Positions 1-9,352 of a stretch of DNA of 64,000 bases are shown in pieces. Every line of letters begins with the position of its first letter. The first letter of the stretch is position 1. This DNA is from Sedimentisphaerales bacterium (lineage in GTDB: Bacteria; Planctomycetota; Phycisphaerae; Sedimentisphaerales; SM23-30): the NCBI GenBank assembly GCA_016934515.1, contig JAFGSR010000168.1, forward strand, positions 31,875-95,874. The letters are read 5' to 3'. A program made the translations under genes and the position numbers. Under the pieces are notes generated by a model that did not search any database, was not told the origin of the DNA, and worked only from the letters and a program-made list of their open reading frames with translations.

Positions 1-7
1 GGACAAT

Positions 8-286
8 GTGAGCGTGAGAATTCATTGTGCGGATAACAGAAAGCAGGCGAGAGCGATGGAAGGCTGTAAGCATTTTTGGGTTGAGAGGACAGACGGTTAT
101 GAGGAACAATGTGGCGCTGCAATTTGCCTGATTTGCGGTGAGTATGACTGTGAATGTAAAGTGAGAAAAGAATTATATTGGAAGTCAGAGGCGTATAAAG
201 TGCGCAGGATGGAATTGTTCAAAACCCTTGGTATAGCGGGAAATAAGCACGATATAGAAAAACGTATCGAGAAAGGCGGAGAGTGA
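8..286 (+). CDS. Phage hypothetical protein, Cys-rich (may be 5'-truncated by window)
   Basis: 92-aa ORF whose stop overlaps the next start (GTGA). Confidence 0.55.
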   Translation: MSVRIHCADNRKQARAMEGCKHFWVERTDGYEEQCGAAICLICGEYDCECKVRKELYWKSEAYKVRRMELFKTLGIAGNKHDIEKRIEKGGE

Positions 287-864
287 TGGTTGAGCGAAAA
301 AAAAGAACGGATGCAGATTTTTCTGAGTTTGAGTTACACATAACCCATACAGAAGAAATCTGTGTCCATTACCTCAAGAAACCGGGAAAAATGGAAGGTA
401 GAGTTAAGTTTATTAACACCAATGGCATCCTTGCTGTGACCGGTGATTATGGTAACTGGATTTTTTGTCGTGAATTCAGACCGTCAAAAGACGGACATGT
501 GAGCGAACAGTATTGGAAAGAAAAGCTGCGATTTTCGTCAACGCAAAGCGGTTCGCATTTCTCCAGTGCAGATACCAGAAAAGTAATCGAAAGCGGCCTA
601 AATGGTGACTTAGAAGAGTGGGGGTATGAAGGGTCGCAGCTAGAGCAAATGAAAGCGTATTATCAGGAGTTACTGAAGTCTGTCGATCTGTCTGAAGGGG
701 AGTACGTGGCTCAGGCGTTCTACGATGATCGGCCTTCGTTCCTTGCTTGCGAAGATGTGCCGTTTGAGAAGGAAACCGACTACTGTTTGTTGGTTGTTTT
801 CGATGCTTTTGAGGATATTTGCGACAGGATAAAAGAGGTTGGCGAACTTGAGAAAGGTGAGTGA
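283..864 (+). CDS. Phage hypothetical protein
   Basis: 193-aa ORF, GGAG upstream, coupled to neighbours. Confidence 0.75.
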   Translation: MMVERKKRTDADFSEFELHITHTEEICVHYLKKPGKMEGRVKFINTNGILAVTGDYGNWIFCREFRPSKDGHVSEQYWKEKLRFSSTQSGSHFSSADTRKVIESGLNGDLEEWGYEGSQLEQMKAYYQELLKSVDLSEGEYVAQAFYDDRPSFLACEDVPFEKETDYCLLVVFDAFEDICDRIKEVGELEKGE

Positions 865-867
865 ATT

Positions 868-993
868 ATGATACCGAACTGGTTGGCATGGATTTGTTTT
901 ATTTACACAATGGGGAGCTTGCTTCTGACGGCTGTGATTGTTCTCTGGTCAGTGCGAATCATGTTTAAAGAGGAGAAAACGAGGCTTTTTTAA
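868..993 (+). CDS. Small membrane protein (41 aa)
   Basis: MIPNWLAWICFIYTMGSLLLTAVIVLWSVRIMFKEEKTRLF*; AAAGGTGA RBS; one hydrophobic helix; below ORF-track cutoff. Confidence 0.5.
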   Translation: MIPNWLAWICFIYTMGSLLLTAVIVLWSVRIMFKEEKTRLF

Positions 994-1033
994 GCAAGTA
1001 ACACAGAGTAACACTAGAGCGGTTTGTTGGTGG

Positions 1034-1241
1034 TTTCCCCTATATAGGGAAAAATAATTATTTATGAAAAATTATTTATTCATTTAGGACCAATTACATA
1101 ATTACACAGTTATAAATAAAGGACTTATATCAATTACAGTAACCAATTACAGTAATTACAAATTAAATTTAGTCCCACCGGGTTTTTTCTCGAATAAGAG
1201 CTAATTAATTATTTTTTCTCTATATAGAGAAACGAATTACA
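1034..1241. repeat. AT-rich intergenic region with two CTATATAG-centred palindromes and six AATTACA repeats (possible origin/iteron region)
   Basis: TTTCCCCTATATAGGGAAA (~1034-1052) and TTTCTCTATATAGAGAAA (~1215-1232); AATTACA at 1092, 1100, 1132, 1145, 1154, 1235. Confidence 0.55.
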
Positions 1242-1574
1242 TGTGAGATCGGAGTTCGTGGATGGGTGAGCTTAAAAGACAGGATGCATCTTCATTGCGG
1301 TGTGTGAACAGGACACGGGGTAGCAGTAATGAAAAAAGAATCGGCTCTGAGGCTTCAGAAACGACGATTTCTCATTTTTTTACTGTGGCCCAGGGCGAAC
1401 AAAAACGGCTCTCATGTATCAGAAACGCACTTTTTTTGTTGTTTGTGCGTCCTGTGAGCGTAATTGGGTCCTTCCTGAGCATGAAAAGGCCGGAACACCC
1501 CCACGGGAACAATCACCAATGTTTTTATTATTTCCTATCGTATGGCCAATATTAGGCTGGAAAGGCAGAAAATC

Positions 1575-2330
1575 ATGGCGGAAGCCGACGAAAAAAAAGA
1601 AAAAAAAGAGGTAAGCGGTGTCGAGAAAAAGAGTTATCCGCTTCGGTTGGAGTGGATTGCAGCCGGTACGCTGACCGAAAATCCGAGTAATTGGCGGAAA
1701 CATTCGGCGGAGCAGATGCACTCGTTGTCGGATCTGCTCGAAGACCCGGACATCGGTTGGGCGGGTGCTTGTTTGTTTAACGAGCGAACCAAGCGGCTTA
1801 TCGACGGCCATGCTCGCCGCAAGGCGGTGAGTCCTGAAACTCCGGTCCCGGTGTTGGTGGGCAATTGGTCTGAAGACGCTGAGCGAAAAATTCTGGCCAC
1901 GCTCGATCCGGTGGGGGCCATGGCCGAGGGTGATTTGAATGCGTACAAGGAATTGCAAGCCATGATTGACGCGGAGAGCCTTTGGGTTCGCGATTTGATT
2001 CATAACACTACGGCGAGCCTCAGCGGTGAACAGGACGCAACTGATGCTGGTGAGGGTGATCCTGACGAGCTGGGGCCGAAGCATCCGGAGCTTGACCAGC
2101 AACCGTTCGAGCATCTGGATTATCTGATGCTGATGTTCCGTGACGATCAAGACTTTCAGCAAGCCTGTGAGCTGTTGGGGATCAAGCGGGTAAAGGTGAC
2201 GTATCCCGGTGGCATGAAAAAGGTCGGCCTGGGTAGGATAATCGACGGTCCTGTGGCAATCAAAAAACTAACGGCGAAAGCCAGTGAAGGGAGTTCGAAA
2301 AATGCAGATGGTAATTCCAACCAAGGGTAG
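1575..2330 (+). CDS. ParB/Srx N-terminal domain protein (phage packaging/DNA-modification associated)
   Basis: LTENPSNWRKHS and LIDGHARRKA motifs; acidic linker; ATG 1575 preferred over 1542. Confidence 0.8.
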   Translation: MAEADEKKEKKEVSGVEKKSYPLRLEWIAAGTLTENPSNWRKHSAEQMHSLSDLLEDPDIGWAGACLFNERTKRLIDGHARRKAVSPETPVPVLVGNWSEDAERKILATLDPVGAMAEGDLNAYKELQAMIDAESLWVRDLIHNTTASLSGEQDATDAGEGDPDELGPKHPELDQQPFEHLDYLMLMFRDDQDFQQACELLGIKRVKVTYPGGMKKVGLGRIIDGPVAIKKLTAKASEGSSKNADGNSNQG

Positions 2331-3018
2331 GGCTGACATTATTGGCAAAATGTCGCTGAGATTATTCCCCGACGCAACGCTGTGTGTTGGTGATGACGAG
2401 GTTGACCAGTATTCCCGGCACACGAAAAATTTGCTGGTCCACCCGGCAGCCCTTGTGGGGATGGGGCCGCTCCGTCAGTGGATATTGGACAATGTTGCCG
2501 ATCCGTGCGTGGTGATGATTGACGATGATATTTCTGTGTGCTACTCGCAGGTCGGTTTTCACAAGCGGCGGATCGAAGACCCGGCAGAAGTGCAGGCGAT
2601 TGTCGAGCGTCTGGGACATCTCGCTCAGGACATTGGTGACTGTGTTTTCGGCTTTGCACAATCGGCACGACCTATGGCGTATGCGAATTTCTCGCCGTTC
2701 TCTCTGGATACCTGGGTGGGCACGGTGGCGGGTATGAATGGCCGGTCGCTGAGCTACGATACCCGGTTGATGTTGCGTGGCGAAGATATTGACCTGACTT
2801 TACAGGCGTTGTTGCATCACCGCTTTGTGCTGGCGGAGTGTCGCTACTATTTTGCCCATGCGATGTTTAAGCTGAAGGGGGGCAACGCCGTCAATCGGAG
2901 TTCGGAGCGTCACCGGGCGGAAACGGAGTATATGCTGAAAAAGTGGCGGGGGCATCTGGTTTCCAGAGAAACCAAGGGCGGAGCTGATCGGCTGGTGGTC
3001 CGGGTAAAACGAAAATAA
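2302..3018 (+). CDS. GT-A glycosyltransferase, TET-associated/GREB1-like phage family
   Basis: VIPTKGRA, RQWILD, VMIDDDI (DxD), EDIDLTLQAL, GGN motifs; directly after ParB gene; GGGAG RBS before ATG 2302. Confidence 0.72.
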   Translation: MQMVIPTKGRADIIGKMSLRLFPDATLCVGDDEVDQYSRHTKNLLVHPAALVGMGPLRQWILDNVADPCVVMIDDDISVCYSQVGFHKRRIEDPAEVQAIVERLGHLAQDIGDCVFGFAQSARPMAYANFSPFSLDTWVGTVAGMNGRSLSYDTRLMLRGEDIDLTLQALLHHRFVLAECRYYFAHAMFKLKGGNAVNRSSERHRAETEYMLKKWRGHLVSRETKGGADRLVVRVKRK

Positions 3019-3043
3019 ATCTTTAATAAATATTTTTTCCAGC

Positions 3044-3077
3044 TTGACGCAAGGTAATCGTGTGCTAAGTTTAAGTA
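3044..3077 (+). promoter_or_regulatory. Sigma70-like phage promoter, copy A
   Basis: TTGACG-N16-TAAGTT with extended -10 TG; shares CGTGTGCTAAGTTTAAGTA with copy B. Confidence 0.65.
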
Positions 3078-3132
3078 AAGCAAGGTACTTTATTACTTAT
3101 TTAGTCACGTTTATTTTAAGAAAGGTGTAGCC

Positions 3133-3729
3133 ATGGGTTATCAGATTAGAACAATGAACAATTACGATTTTTTCGAGGTGGCGTCTGCGATGCAAAAGGC
3201 CATTCGCCGGGGCGATGGGCGTTTGGCTTCATATTGGGCATTGGAATTGTACGACAGCAAGTTTGAGGCTTATGTTTGGCGGCGGCTCCATATTATATCG
3301 GCTGAGGACGTTTGGGGCTGCATCACGTTTGAGATTGAGGCTTTGTATAACGCCTGGAAGCTGCTGAGGCAACAGGACAAGAAAGCCAAGCCCTTTTGTG
3401 GGGCGGGCAGGTTGTTTGCGGTCAAGGCGGCAATGTTGCTGGCCATGGCCAAAAAAAGCCGGGACGCTGACAATATGATAAATCTGGTTTTCAATCCCAA
3501 AAAAATCAGTGACGCAGACCTTGAGCGAGATTTGGCAATATCTCGCCAGAATCGTGAGGATATTCCGGATTATGCTTTTGATTGTCATACGAGAATCGGA
3601 AAACAAGCCGGAAAAACAAAAGATGAGTTTATGGTTGAGGAGCATGACGCTTTATATCCCCGCGAAAAAGGTTTGTTCGATCAAGACGTTGAAGATTTAA
3701 GGAAAAAAAATCAAAGAAAAAAAGGTTGA
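3133..3729 (+). CDS. Stand-alone RarA/MgsA C-terminal-like domain protein (no ATPase domain)
   Basis: SAMQKAIRRGD...YVWRRLHIISAEDV resembles RarA SA(F/L)xKSxRGSD...RRLxxxAxEDIG; IPDYAFDCHT; no Walker A. Confidence 0.7.
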   Translation: MGYQIRTMNNYDFFEVASAMQKAIRRGDGRLASYWALELYDSKFEAYVWRRLHIISAEDVWGCITFEIEALYNAWKLLRQQDKKAKPFCGAGRLFAVKAAMLLAMAKKSRDADNMINLVFNPKKISDADLERDLAISRQNREDIPDYAFDCHTRIGKQAGKTKDEFMVEEHDALYPREKGLFDQDVEDLRKKNQRKKG

Positions 3730-3797
3730 TTTAGTAAGAAAAAAAGTGAATCAGTAGCCGAAAGGTATAAAAAATCCAGTATTTTAGAAATTTATTT

Positions 3798-3831
3798 TTG
3801 ACACAAAGCTAACGTGTGCTAAGTTTAAGTA
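3798..3831 (+). promoter_or_regulatory. Sigma70-like phage promoter, copy B
   Basis: TTGACA-N16-TAAGTT; identical 19-mer to copy A. Confidence 0.65.
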
Positions 3832-3927
3832 GCATGAAAAACAAAAAACAAAAAACTATAGCCAAAAAAACCGAACTTATGGGAAAGTTTCGGAAAATTT
3901 TAACCTTTTATATGTGGAGATTTTAAG

Positions 3928-4863
3928 ATGACAACTGAAACTGAAAACAAAAAACGGAGTCACGCGGAACTAATGGAGCTGATGGGCAAAACGCTGTCTG
4001 AGTATATCGAAGCACCTGTCAGCGAGGAGGCGGTACGCAGGATTATCGACGAAAAACTGGCCGAGCTGCCGGTGCAGAAGCTCGAAGTCACTTTGCCTGA
4101 CGGTGTAACCACCGAAGTCGAGTCGCCGCACAAGCAACTGACCGATGTGATCGAGCTGGTCAAGCAAGGGCACAATAATATTCTGCTGGTTGGACCGGCA
4201 GGGACCGGCAAGACTACGATTGCCAGCGACTTGGCAAAAGCCTTGAATCTGGAGTTTGGATTTTTGAGCCTGTCGGCTGGAGTTACTGAGGCACACCTGT
4301 TTGGCCGCATCTTGCCGCAAGCCGATGGAGCTTGGGCTTATCAATCGACCCGATTTGTAGATGTTTACGAAAATGGCGGCGTGTTCCTGCTGGATGAGGT
4401 TGACGCTGCTGACCCGAACTTGATGGTTTCGATTAACGCGGCAATCGCTAACGGCCACTTGAGCAACGTGGTCAACGGTAAAATTCACCAGCGGCATCCA
4501 AATTGCATTTTGATTGCCGCGGCAAACACTTACGGTCTGGGTGCAGACGCTCAGTATGTGGGCCGCAATCCGCTCGATGCTTCGACGCTTGATCGGTTTG
4601 TGCTGTCAACTACGTTTGTCGATTATGACACCGACCTTGAGAAGCGGTTGGCTCAGGGCGTTGAAGGGGCGGAGAGTCTGCTGGATTGGGTCTGGGCGAT
4701 TCGTTCGAAAATTTCAGAGTACCGGCTTCGCCGGATTGCATCGACGCGAGTGGTGGTTAATGGCCTGTTGGCTCTGCGAGCGGAGCGTAGTTTGAATTAC
4801 ATCAAGACTATGTTTTTGCAATCGTGGTCAAAAGACGAGGTTGCCAAGGTCGAGAGTCTGTAA
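3928..4863 (+). CDS. MoxR/CbbQ/CobS-like AAA+ ATPase
   Basis: Walker A GPAGTGKT, Walker B FLLDEVDAA, AAANTYG, LDASTLDRF. Confidence 0.88.
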   Translation: MTTETENKKRSHAELMELMGKTLSEYIEAPVSEEAVRRIIDEKLAELPVQKLEVTLPDGVTTEVESPHKQLTDVIELVKQGHNNILLVGPAGTGKTTIASDLAKALNLEFGFLSLSAGVTEAHLFGRILPQADGAWAYQSTRFVDVYENGGVFLLDEVDAADPNLMVSINAAIANGHLSNVVNGKIHQRHPNCILIAAANTYGLGADAQYVGRNPLDASTLDRFVLSTTFVDYDTDLEKRLAQGVEGAESLLDWVWAIRSKISEYRLRRIASTRVVVNGLLALRAERSLNYIKTMFLQSWSKDEVAKVESL

Positions 4864-4902
4864 ACCCGAAACCAATAACACTCGAAAGTGTGGAGCTATA
4901 AA

Positions 4903-6024
4903 ATGAAGTCAACGAAAATACCCGCAAGATTTAATGGTCGATGCCGAAGTTGCCAAAATCCTATCGCCAAAGGCGACCCGGTGTGGTGGAAAAAAGAGTA
5001 CGGTGTGAAATGCGATGCTTGTGGCCCGCACACTGAAGACGATGCGGCGTTGCCTCGCAAAAACAAAGGCAAGGCTCCTCGTACCCGCAAGTCGAGCACG
5101 AATCCGAGTGCGAGCAGACGCAGACGGCGGAGCAGTTCTCCGGCTCCTAGTCCTGCTGCTACAATGACTGAATTATCGGCAGACCGGGGCGAGTACATGG
5201 TGGAGTTTGGCAGTATGGTCGAGACGGTTACTAATGCCTTGCAGCAGGAGCACGCAACCGGTGATAAGATGGCGTTAGCAAGTGCTATGAATAGTTTTAC
5301 TAGGCCCGGTGGTGATTCGTGGGGCAATTGGTTTACAACTGACAAGTTTAGGCGGGAGCTTTCGGACCCGTCTTCTCATTACGTCGATGAAGTGGAGCGG
5401 ATGCGTGAGGAGTTGGAAAACTCTTGCCCAGAGATTCAGTTAGGCCAGCGGATTAAACGTCGGGTTCGCCGGGGCCAAGAGTTTGGCGATCAGATCGACC
5501 CGGACCGGTTTCTTGCCAAGGTGCCGAATATCTGGGAGCGAACAGTTAGAGAGTTGCAGCCAGATCGTCAAGTTACTATTGGAGTCAACCTGACGGTGAA
5601 TGGTAGTGAGCGAGCGGCGGCTACGCTGTATCGTGGTGCTGCTGTTCTGGCGATGGCTGATTATCTGTCGGCTCAAAATATTAACGTCAAGGTTGTGATG
5701 TATTTGCCGGTTACTAATCCCACCAACGAAGTTAAGTTGGTTCTGGGCAAGTACGTTGTAAAGGATTTTTGTTCTCCGATTGATAAAAATACGCTGGCTT
5801 TCATGCTGTGCGAAATCGCTTTTATTCGGCTGTGTTTGATCGGTCAGGAAGCCGGATTGCCGGGCAGGGTTTATCACGGTCTGGGCTATGCTGCGGAGTT
5901 GCCGTATTGCGAAGCAAAAAACTGCGATATAGTTGCCGGGCGGGAAGTGAACTCAAAAGAAGCTGCAATCGAGTGGCTGAGCGAAAACATTCAAAAGCAC
6001 AGTGCCGACAAGGGTGCTGCATAA
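4903..6024 (+). CDS. Putative AAA partner: N-terminal Zn ribbon plus degenerate vWA/CobT-like C-terminal domain
   Basis: CRSC...CDAC; GDQIDPDRFL; VTIGVNLTVNGS then RGAAVLAMADYL helix; follows MoxR ATPase; GGAG RBS before ATG 4903. Confidence 0.55.
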   Translation: MKSTKIPARFNGRCRSCQNPIAKGDPVWWKKEYGVKCDACGPHTEDDAALPRKNKGKAPRTRKSSTNPSASRRRRRSSSPAPSPAATMTELSADRGEYMVEFGSMVETVTNALQQEHATGDKMALASAMNSFTRPGGDSWGNWFTTDKFRRELSDPSSHYVDEVERMREELENSCPEIQLGQRIKRRVRRGQEFGDQIDPDRFLAKVPNIWERTVRELQPDRQVTIGVNLTVNGSERAAATLYRGAAVLAMADYLSAQNINVKVVMYLPVTNPTNEVKLVLGKYVVKDFCSPIDKNTLAFMLCEIAFIRLCLIGQEAGLPGRVYHGLGYAAELPYCEAKNCDIVAGREVNSKEAAIEWLSENIQKHSADKGAA

Positions 6025-6277
6025 ATAAAAAAATATCGTAGCGGCTCCCACCGCTATTGTTGTCCTTGCCCCTGCCGGTGGACTCCACACCGCCGGTCAG
6101 GGGTGAGGCGTTTACCGTCCTTGTAACCATGGTAAGATAGGCAAAACAAAGTGTTGATAGCTCTAAAACGTTTCAGAATGTTGCGAGAGGCAGAGGGCTT
6201 GTTTGAATGATTCCTGACATAGATTGAAGGCAATTGCGGCAACTGAGGCTTGTCTGAGCAGAAAACGGAGTATTTTA

Positions 6278-6775
6278 ATGGCGGCTGACAACGAAATACG
6301 TGATCGCGTGGTGCTTTTGATAACGCAGGGAGTATCTTTTGCCCAGATACTCGATTACTGTGGGAAGCAGGGGGTGGAGCCTGACGCGGTTGATGGTCTT
6401 ATCGCTGAGGCCCGTAAACGTATTACGATTGCGGCTGAATATAACCGGGACGAGCAGGTCGGGTTGGCTGTCCAGCGGCTTACGGAGCTTTATCGCAACG
6501 CTCTCGCCGGGCAGGACTTTCGCACGGCGTTGCAGGCTCAGCGGGAGCTTAATCGGCTGATGGGATTATACGAAAACAAAAACGCTAGCAGTGGTCCGGA
6601 CTTGTCTGAAGACTTGGCGGGGCTGCGTGAACAGTTGGACACCATTGCGGGATATGTTTTACCGCTTGGATTAACATCGGATAATTATCCGCTTGAGGAG
6701 CATGTACGTCTTGCCATCAAAGCAATCATCGACAACAAAAGAACGCTATCAGCGGCGGCTGGAAACGGCGAATGA
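6278..6775 (+). CDS. Probable terminase small subunit
   Basis: Helical HTH-like protein overlapping terL start; GGAG before ATG 6278. Confidence 0.65.
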   Translation: MAADNEIRDRVVLLITQGVSFAQILDYCGKQGVEPDAVDGLIAEARKRITIAAEYNRDEQVGLAVQRLTELYRNALAGQDFRTALQAQRELNRLMGLYENKNASSGPDLSEDLAGLREQLDTIAGYVLPLGLTSDNYPLEEHVRLAIKAIIDNKRTLSAAAGNGE

Positions 6776-8804
6776 GTTTAGTCTGAATCGTACTAGGGTG
6801 GGGCAGGATATTGCCCCATTGCCACCGGTAAAAAATCCGGCCCGGCGTGCCAGGGCTAACCACGATTTTCGTTTTTTCTGTGAAACGTATTTTCCAAACC
6901 AGTACACGCTGGCATGGAGCGACGATCACTTAAAGGTTATCAGCAAAATTGAATCGGTGGTTATCGACGGGGAGCGGTATGCGATAGCGATGCCTCGTGG
7001 TTCGGGGAAAACGACCTTGTGCGCAACGGCAGTGTTGTGGGCGGTTCTGAGTGGTCGGCATTTGTTTGTTTTTCTGATTGCTCAGACCAACGATCACGCC
7101 GTGACCATGATGGCGAATATCCAAACGCAGTTGATTACTAACAAGCTACTGCTGGAAGACTACCCGGACGCTGTGTATCCGTTTCATGCTTTGCGGGGCG
7201 AATCCAGACGATGTGCCGGGCAGAGCTATTACGGTGAACGTACTTTTATTTCGTGGGGTTCGGATGTGATTGTGTTTGCCGACATACCGGATTCGCCGTG
7301 TAGCGGTGCGGTGATCTGTGTGTCTGGAATTACGGGGGCTATCCGGGGCAAACACCACACCACACCGGGCGGAGCGATTATTCGTCCGACGCTCGCCGTG
7401 GTTGACGATCCGCAAACCGATCAGTCAGCCAGATCACCTATGCAGATCGACCATCGTATGTCGATTGTTAAGGGGGCGATTCGAGGTTTGGCAGGGCCGG
7501 GTAAGCAGACGGCAATCATAATTCCGTGCACGGTGATCCAGCCCAACGACATGGCAGACCAGTTGCTTAACCGCAAGGACAATCCTGTTTTTCAGGGTGA
7601 GCGTACTAAGATGCTGTATGAATTCCCGGCGAACATGGAGCTGTGGGATAAGTACGCCGAGGTCAGAGCGGAGTCGTATCAGCAGGAGCGGGGCGGGCGG
7701 GATGCTACGGAATTTTATGCAGCGAACCGTGAGGCGATGGATGTTGGTGCGAGAGTCGCTTGGCCTGCACGTTATGTTAAGGGCGAGCTGTCGGCTGTGC
7801 AAAACGCCATGAACATTTTTTATGATGATGAGCCGGCGTTTTGGGCAGAGTATCAAAATGAGCCGATGGTCGATGACGATGACACGGCAGACAAGCTGAC
7901 CGCCGATCAGGTGTCGAGCCAACTTAATAATCGGCAACGGGGTGAAGTGCCGTTTCGAGCACATTACCTTACGGCTTTTATCGACGTTCACGACAAGTTG
8001 CTTTATTATGTCGTTTGTGCCTGGATGGATGACTTCACCGGATGGGTAATTGATTATGGTACGTATCCAGATCAAGGCAGACGGCATTTTTTCACGGTGC
8101 GTAATCCACCGGTTCCAATGGCGGAGCTGCACAAGGGCTTGAGTCGTGAAGGTGTCATTCAGGCGGGGTTGGACGTTTTGGCGGGCAAGCTGTTGAGTAA
8201 AGACTTTGTAAAGGCGGGCGAGGGTGGCAAGGTCCGTCTGGACAGGTTGCTAGTTGATGCCGGATACAAGCCGGTGATTATCGAAAACATTAAGCGGAAA
8301 ATGGGCGGGGTGATGATGGCGAGCAAGGGTGTGGGTATTCGTGCCGGTCAAAAACCGATGAGCAGTTATCGACGCAAGCCGGGTGAGCGGTATGGGGATC
8401 ACTGGATGATGCCGAGCATTCGTCGCACGATGGGTGAGTATCCGTATGTTGCTATTGATACGAATTATTGGAAAACTTTTTCGCATGAGCGGTTAATGAT
8501 GTCCGAGGCGGAGCAGGGCAATATGACTTTGTTTGGCAAAAATAAAGATCAGCATCGGATGTTTGCGGACCATATTGCTGCCTCTGAAACATGGACAAAA
8601 ACCGAAGGTCATGGCCGGGTGGTTCACCAGTGGGAAACTTTGCCGGGTTCTCCTGATAATCACTGGTTTGACTGTCTGGTGGGCAACTGTGCAGCGGCGA
8701 GTATGTGTGGCTGTCAGATTGTCGAGCAGCAGGGGCAGAGAAGACGTAAAAAGACGGTTAAGTTATCAGAATTGCAGAAGCAGGGAGGCCGAGCACATGG
8801 GTAA
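6693..8804 (+). CDS. Terminase large subunit (GpA-like)
   Basis: Walker A AMPRGSGKTT, Walker B AVVDDPQTD, nuclease motifs FIDVH, LVDAGY, DNHWFDCLVG; exact start uncertain. Confidence 0.9.
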   Translation: MRSMYVLPSKQSSTTKERYQRRLETANEFSLNRTRVGQDIAPLPPVKNPARRARANHDFRFFCETYFPNQYTLAWSDDHLKVISKIESVVIDGERYAIAMPRGSGKTTLCATAVLWAVLSGRHLFVFLIAQTNDHAVTMMANIQTQLITNKLLLEDYPDAVYPFHALRGESRRCAGQSYYGERTFISWGSDVIVFADIPDSPCSGAVICVSGITGAIRGKHHTTPGGAIIRPTLAVVDDPQTDQSARSPMQIDHRMSIVKGAIRGLAGPGKQTAIIIPCTVIQPNDMADQLLNRKDNPVFQGERTKMLYEFPANMELWDKYAEVRAESYQQERGGRDATEFYAANREAMDVGARVAWPARYVKGELSAVQNAMNIFYDDEPAFWAEYQNEPMVDDDDTADKLTADQVSSQLNNRQRGEVPFRAHYLTAFIDVHDKLLYYVVCAWMDDFTGWVIDYGTYPDQGRRHFFTVRNPPVPMAELHKGLSREGVIQAGLDVLAGKLLSKDFVKAGEGGKVRLDRLLVDAGYKPVIIENIKRKMGGVMMASKGVGIRAGQKPMSSYRRKPGERYGDHWMMPSIRRTMGEYPYVAIDTNYWKTFSHERLMMSEAEQGNMTLFGKNKDQHRMFADHIAASETWTKTEGHGRVVHQWETLPGSPDNHWFDCLVGNCAAASMCGCQIVEQQGQRRRKKTVKLSELQKQGGRAHG

Positions 8805-8988
8805 CAAAAAGATCAGGTTGAGTGAGAAGCAATGTCAGGACACCGAGAAGGGGTTGGTGTGTCGAGGGTGCGGGTGCAGACAGTTCACGGTGGTTTATAC
8901 CCGCGAGAGTTGGGGCAACACGGTTATTCGGCGGCGGGAGTGTCGGAACTGTGGTAAGCGGATTCTGACGAAAGAAAAAACCGTCTAA
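8797..8988 (+). CDS. Small Zn-ribbon protein (NrdR-N/Ogr-like)
   Basis: CRGCGC...VVYTR...IRRRECRNCGKRILTKE; GGAGG RBS. Confidence 0.75.
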   Translation: MGNKKIRLSEKQCQDTEKGLVCRGCGCRQFTVVYTRESWGNTVIRRRECRNCGKRILTKEKTV

Positions 8989-9145
8989 CGGCTGCTTAAA
9001 GGGGGTGTTTTTGAAAAAAGTTACGTATATGTAACGTTTTTGCCATTTATTTTATTTTTTTCTTGCCATGCAGAATATTTTTTTTTGTTTCGTGTATTGT
9101 TTAACTGTTCAGATTTTTCTGACCAGTTTTTTTTTTTAGGAGTTC

Positions 9146-9349
9146 GTGATGCCGCAAAGTGATGTTGAAACTGCCTTGGAAACTAACGCACAGGGACCGG
9201 CGAGGGTTTCCGGCGATCAGGGGAGTGTTTCTCAGCATAGTTTGTCTGAGCAGATTGCGGCGGATAAACATCTTGCCAGTAAAGCAGCGGCCCGTGCCGG
9301 GCGGATCGGGCTTCGTCTTCATCGCATGAAACCACCGGGGACCGTGTAA
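9146..9349 (+). CDS. Probable head completion protein (lambda gpW position)
   Basis: 67 aa between terminase and portal; AGGAG RBS. Confidence 0.6.
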   Translation: MMPQSDVETALETNAQGPARVSGDQGSVSQHSLSEQIAADKHLASKAAARAGRIGLRLHRMKPPGTV

Positions 9350-9352
9350 TTT

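Noticed and set aside
6040-6125. GC-rich hairpins upstream of terS as ncRNA or cos/pac site
   Set aside because: Pairing is plausible, but no family motif or supporting repeat; could simply be a terminator
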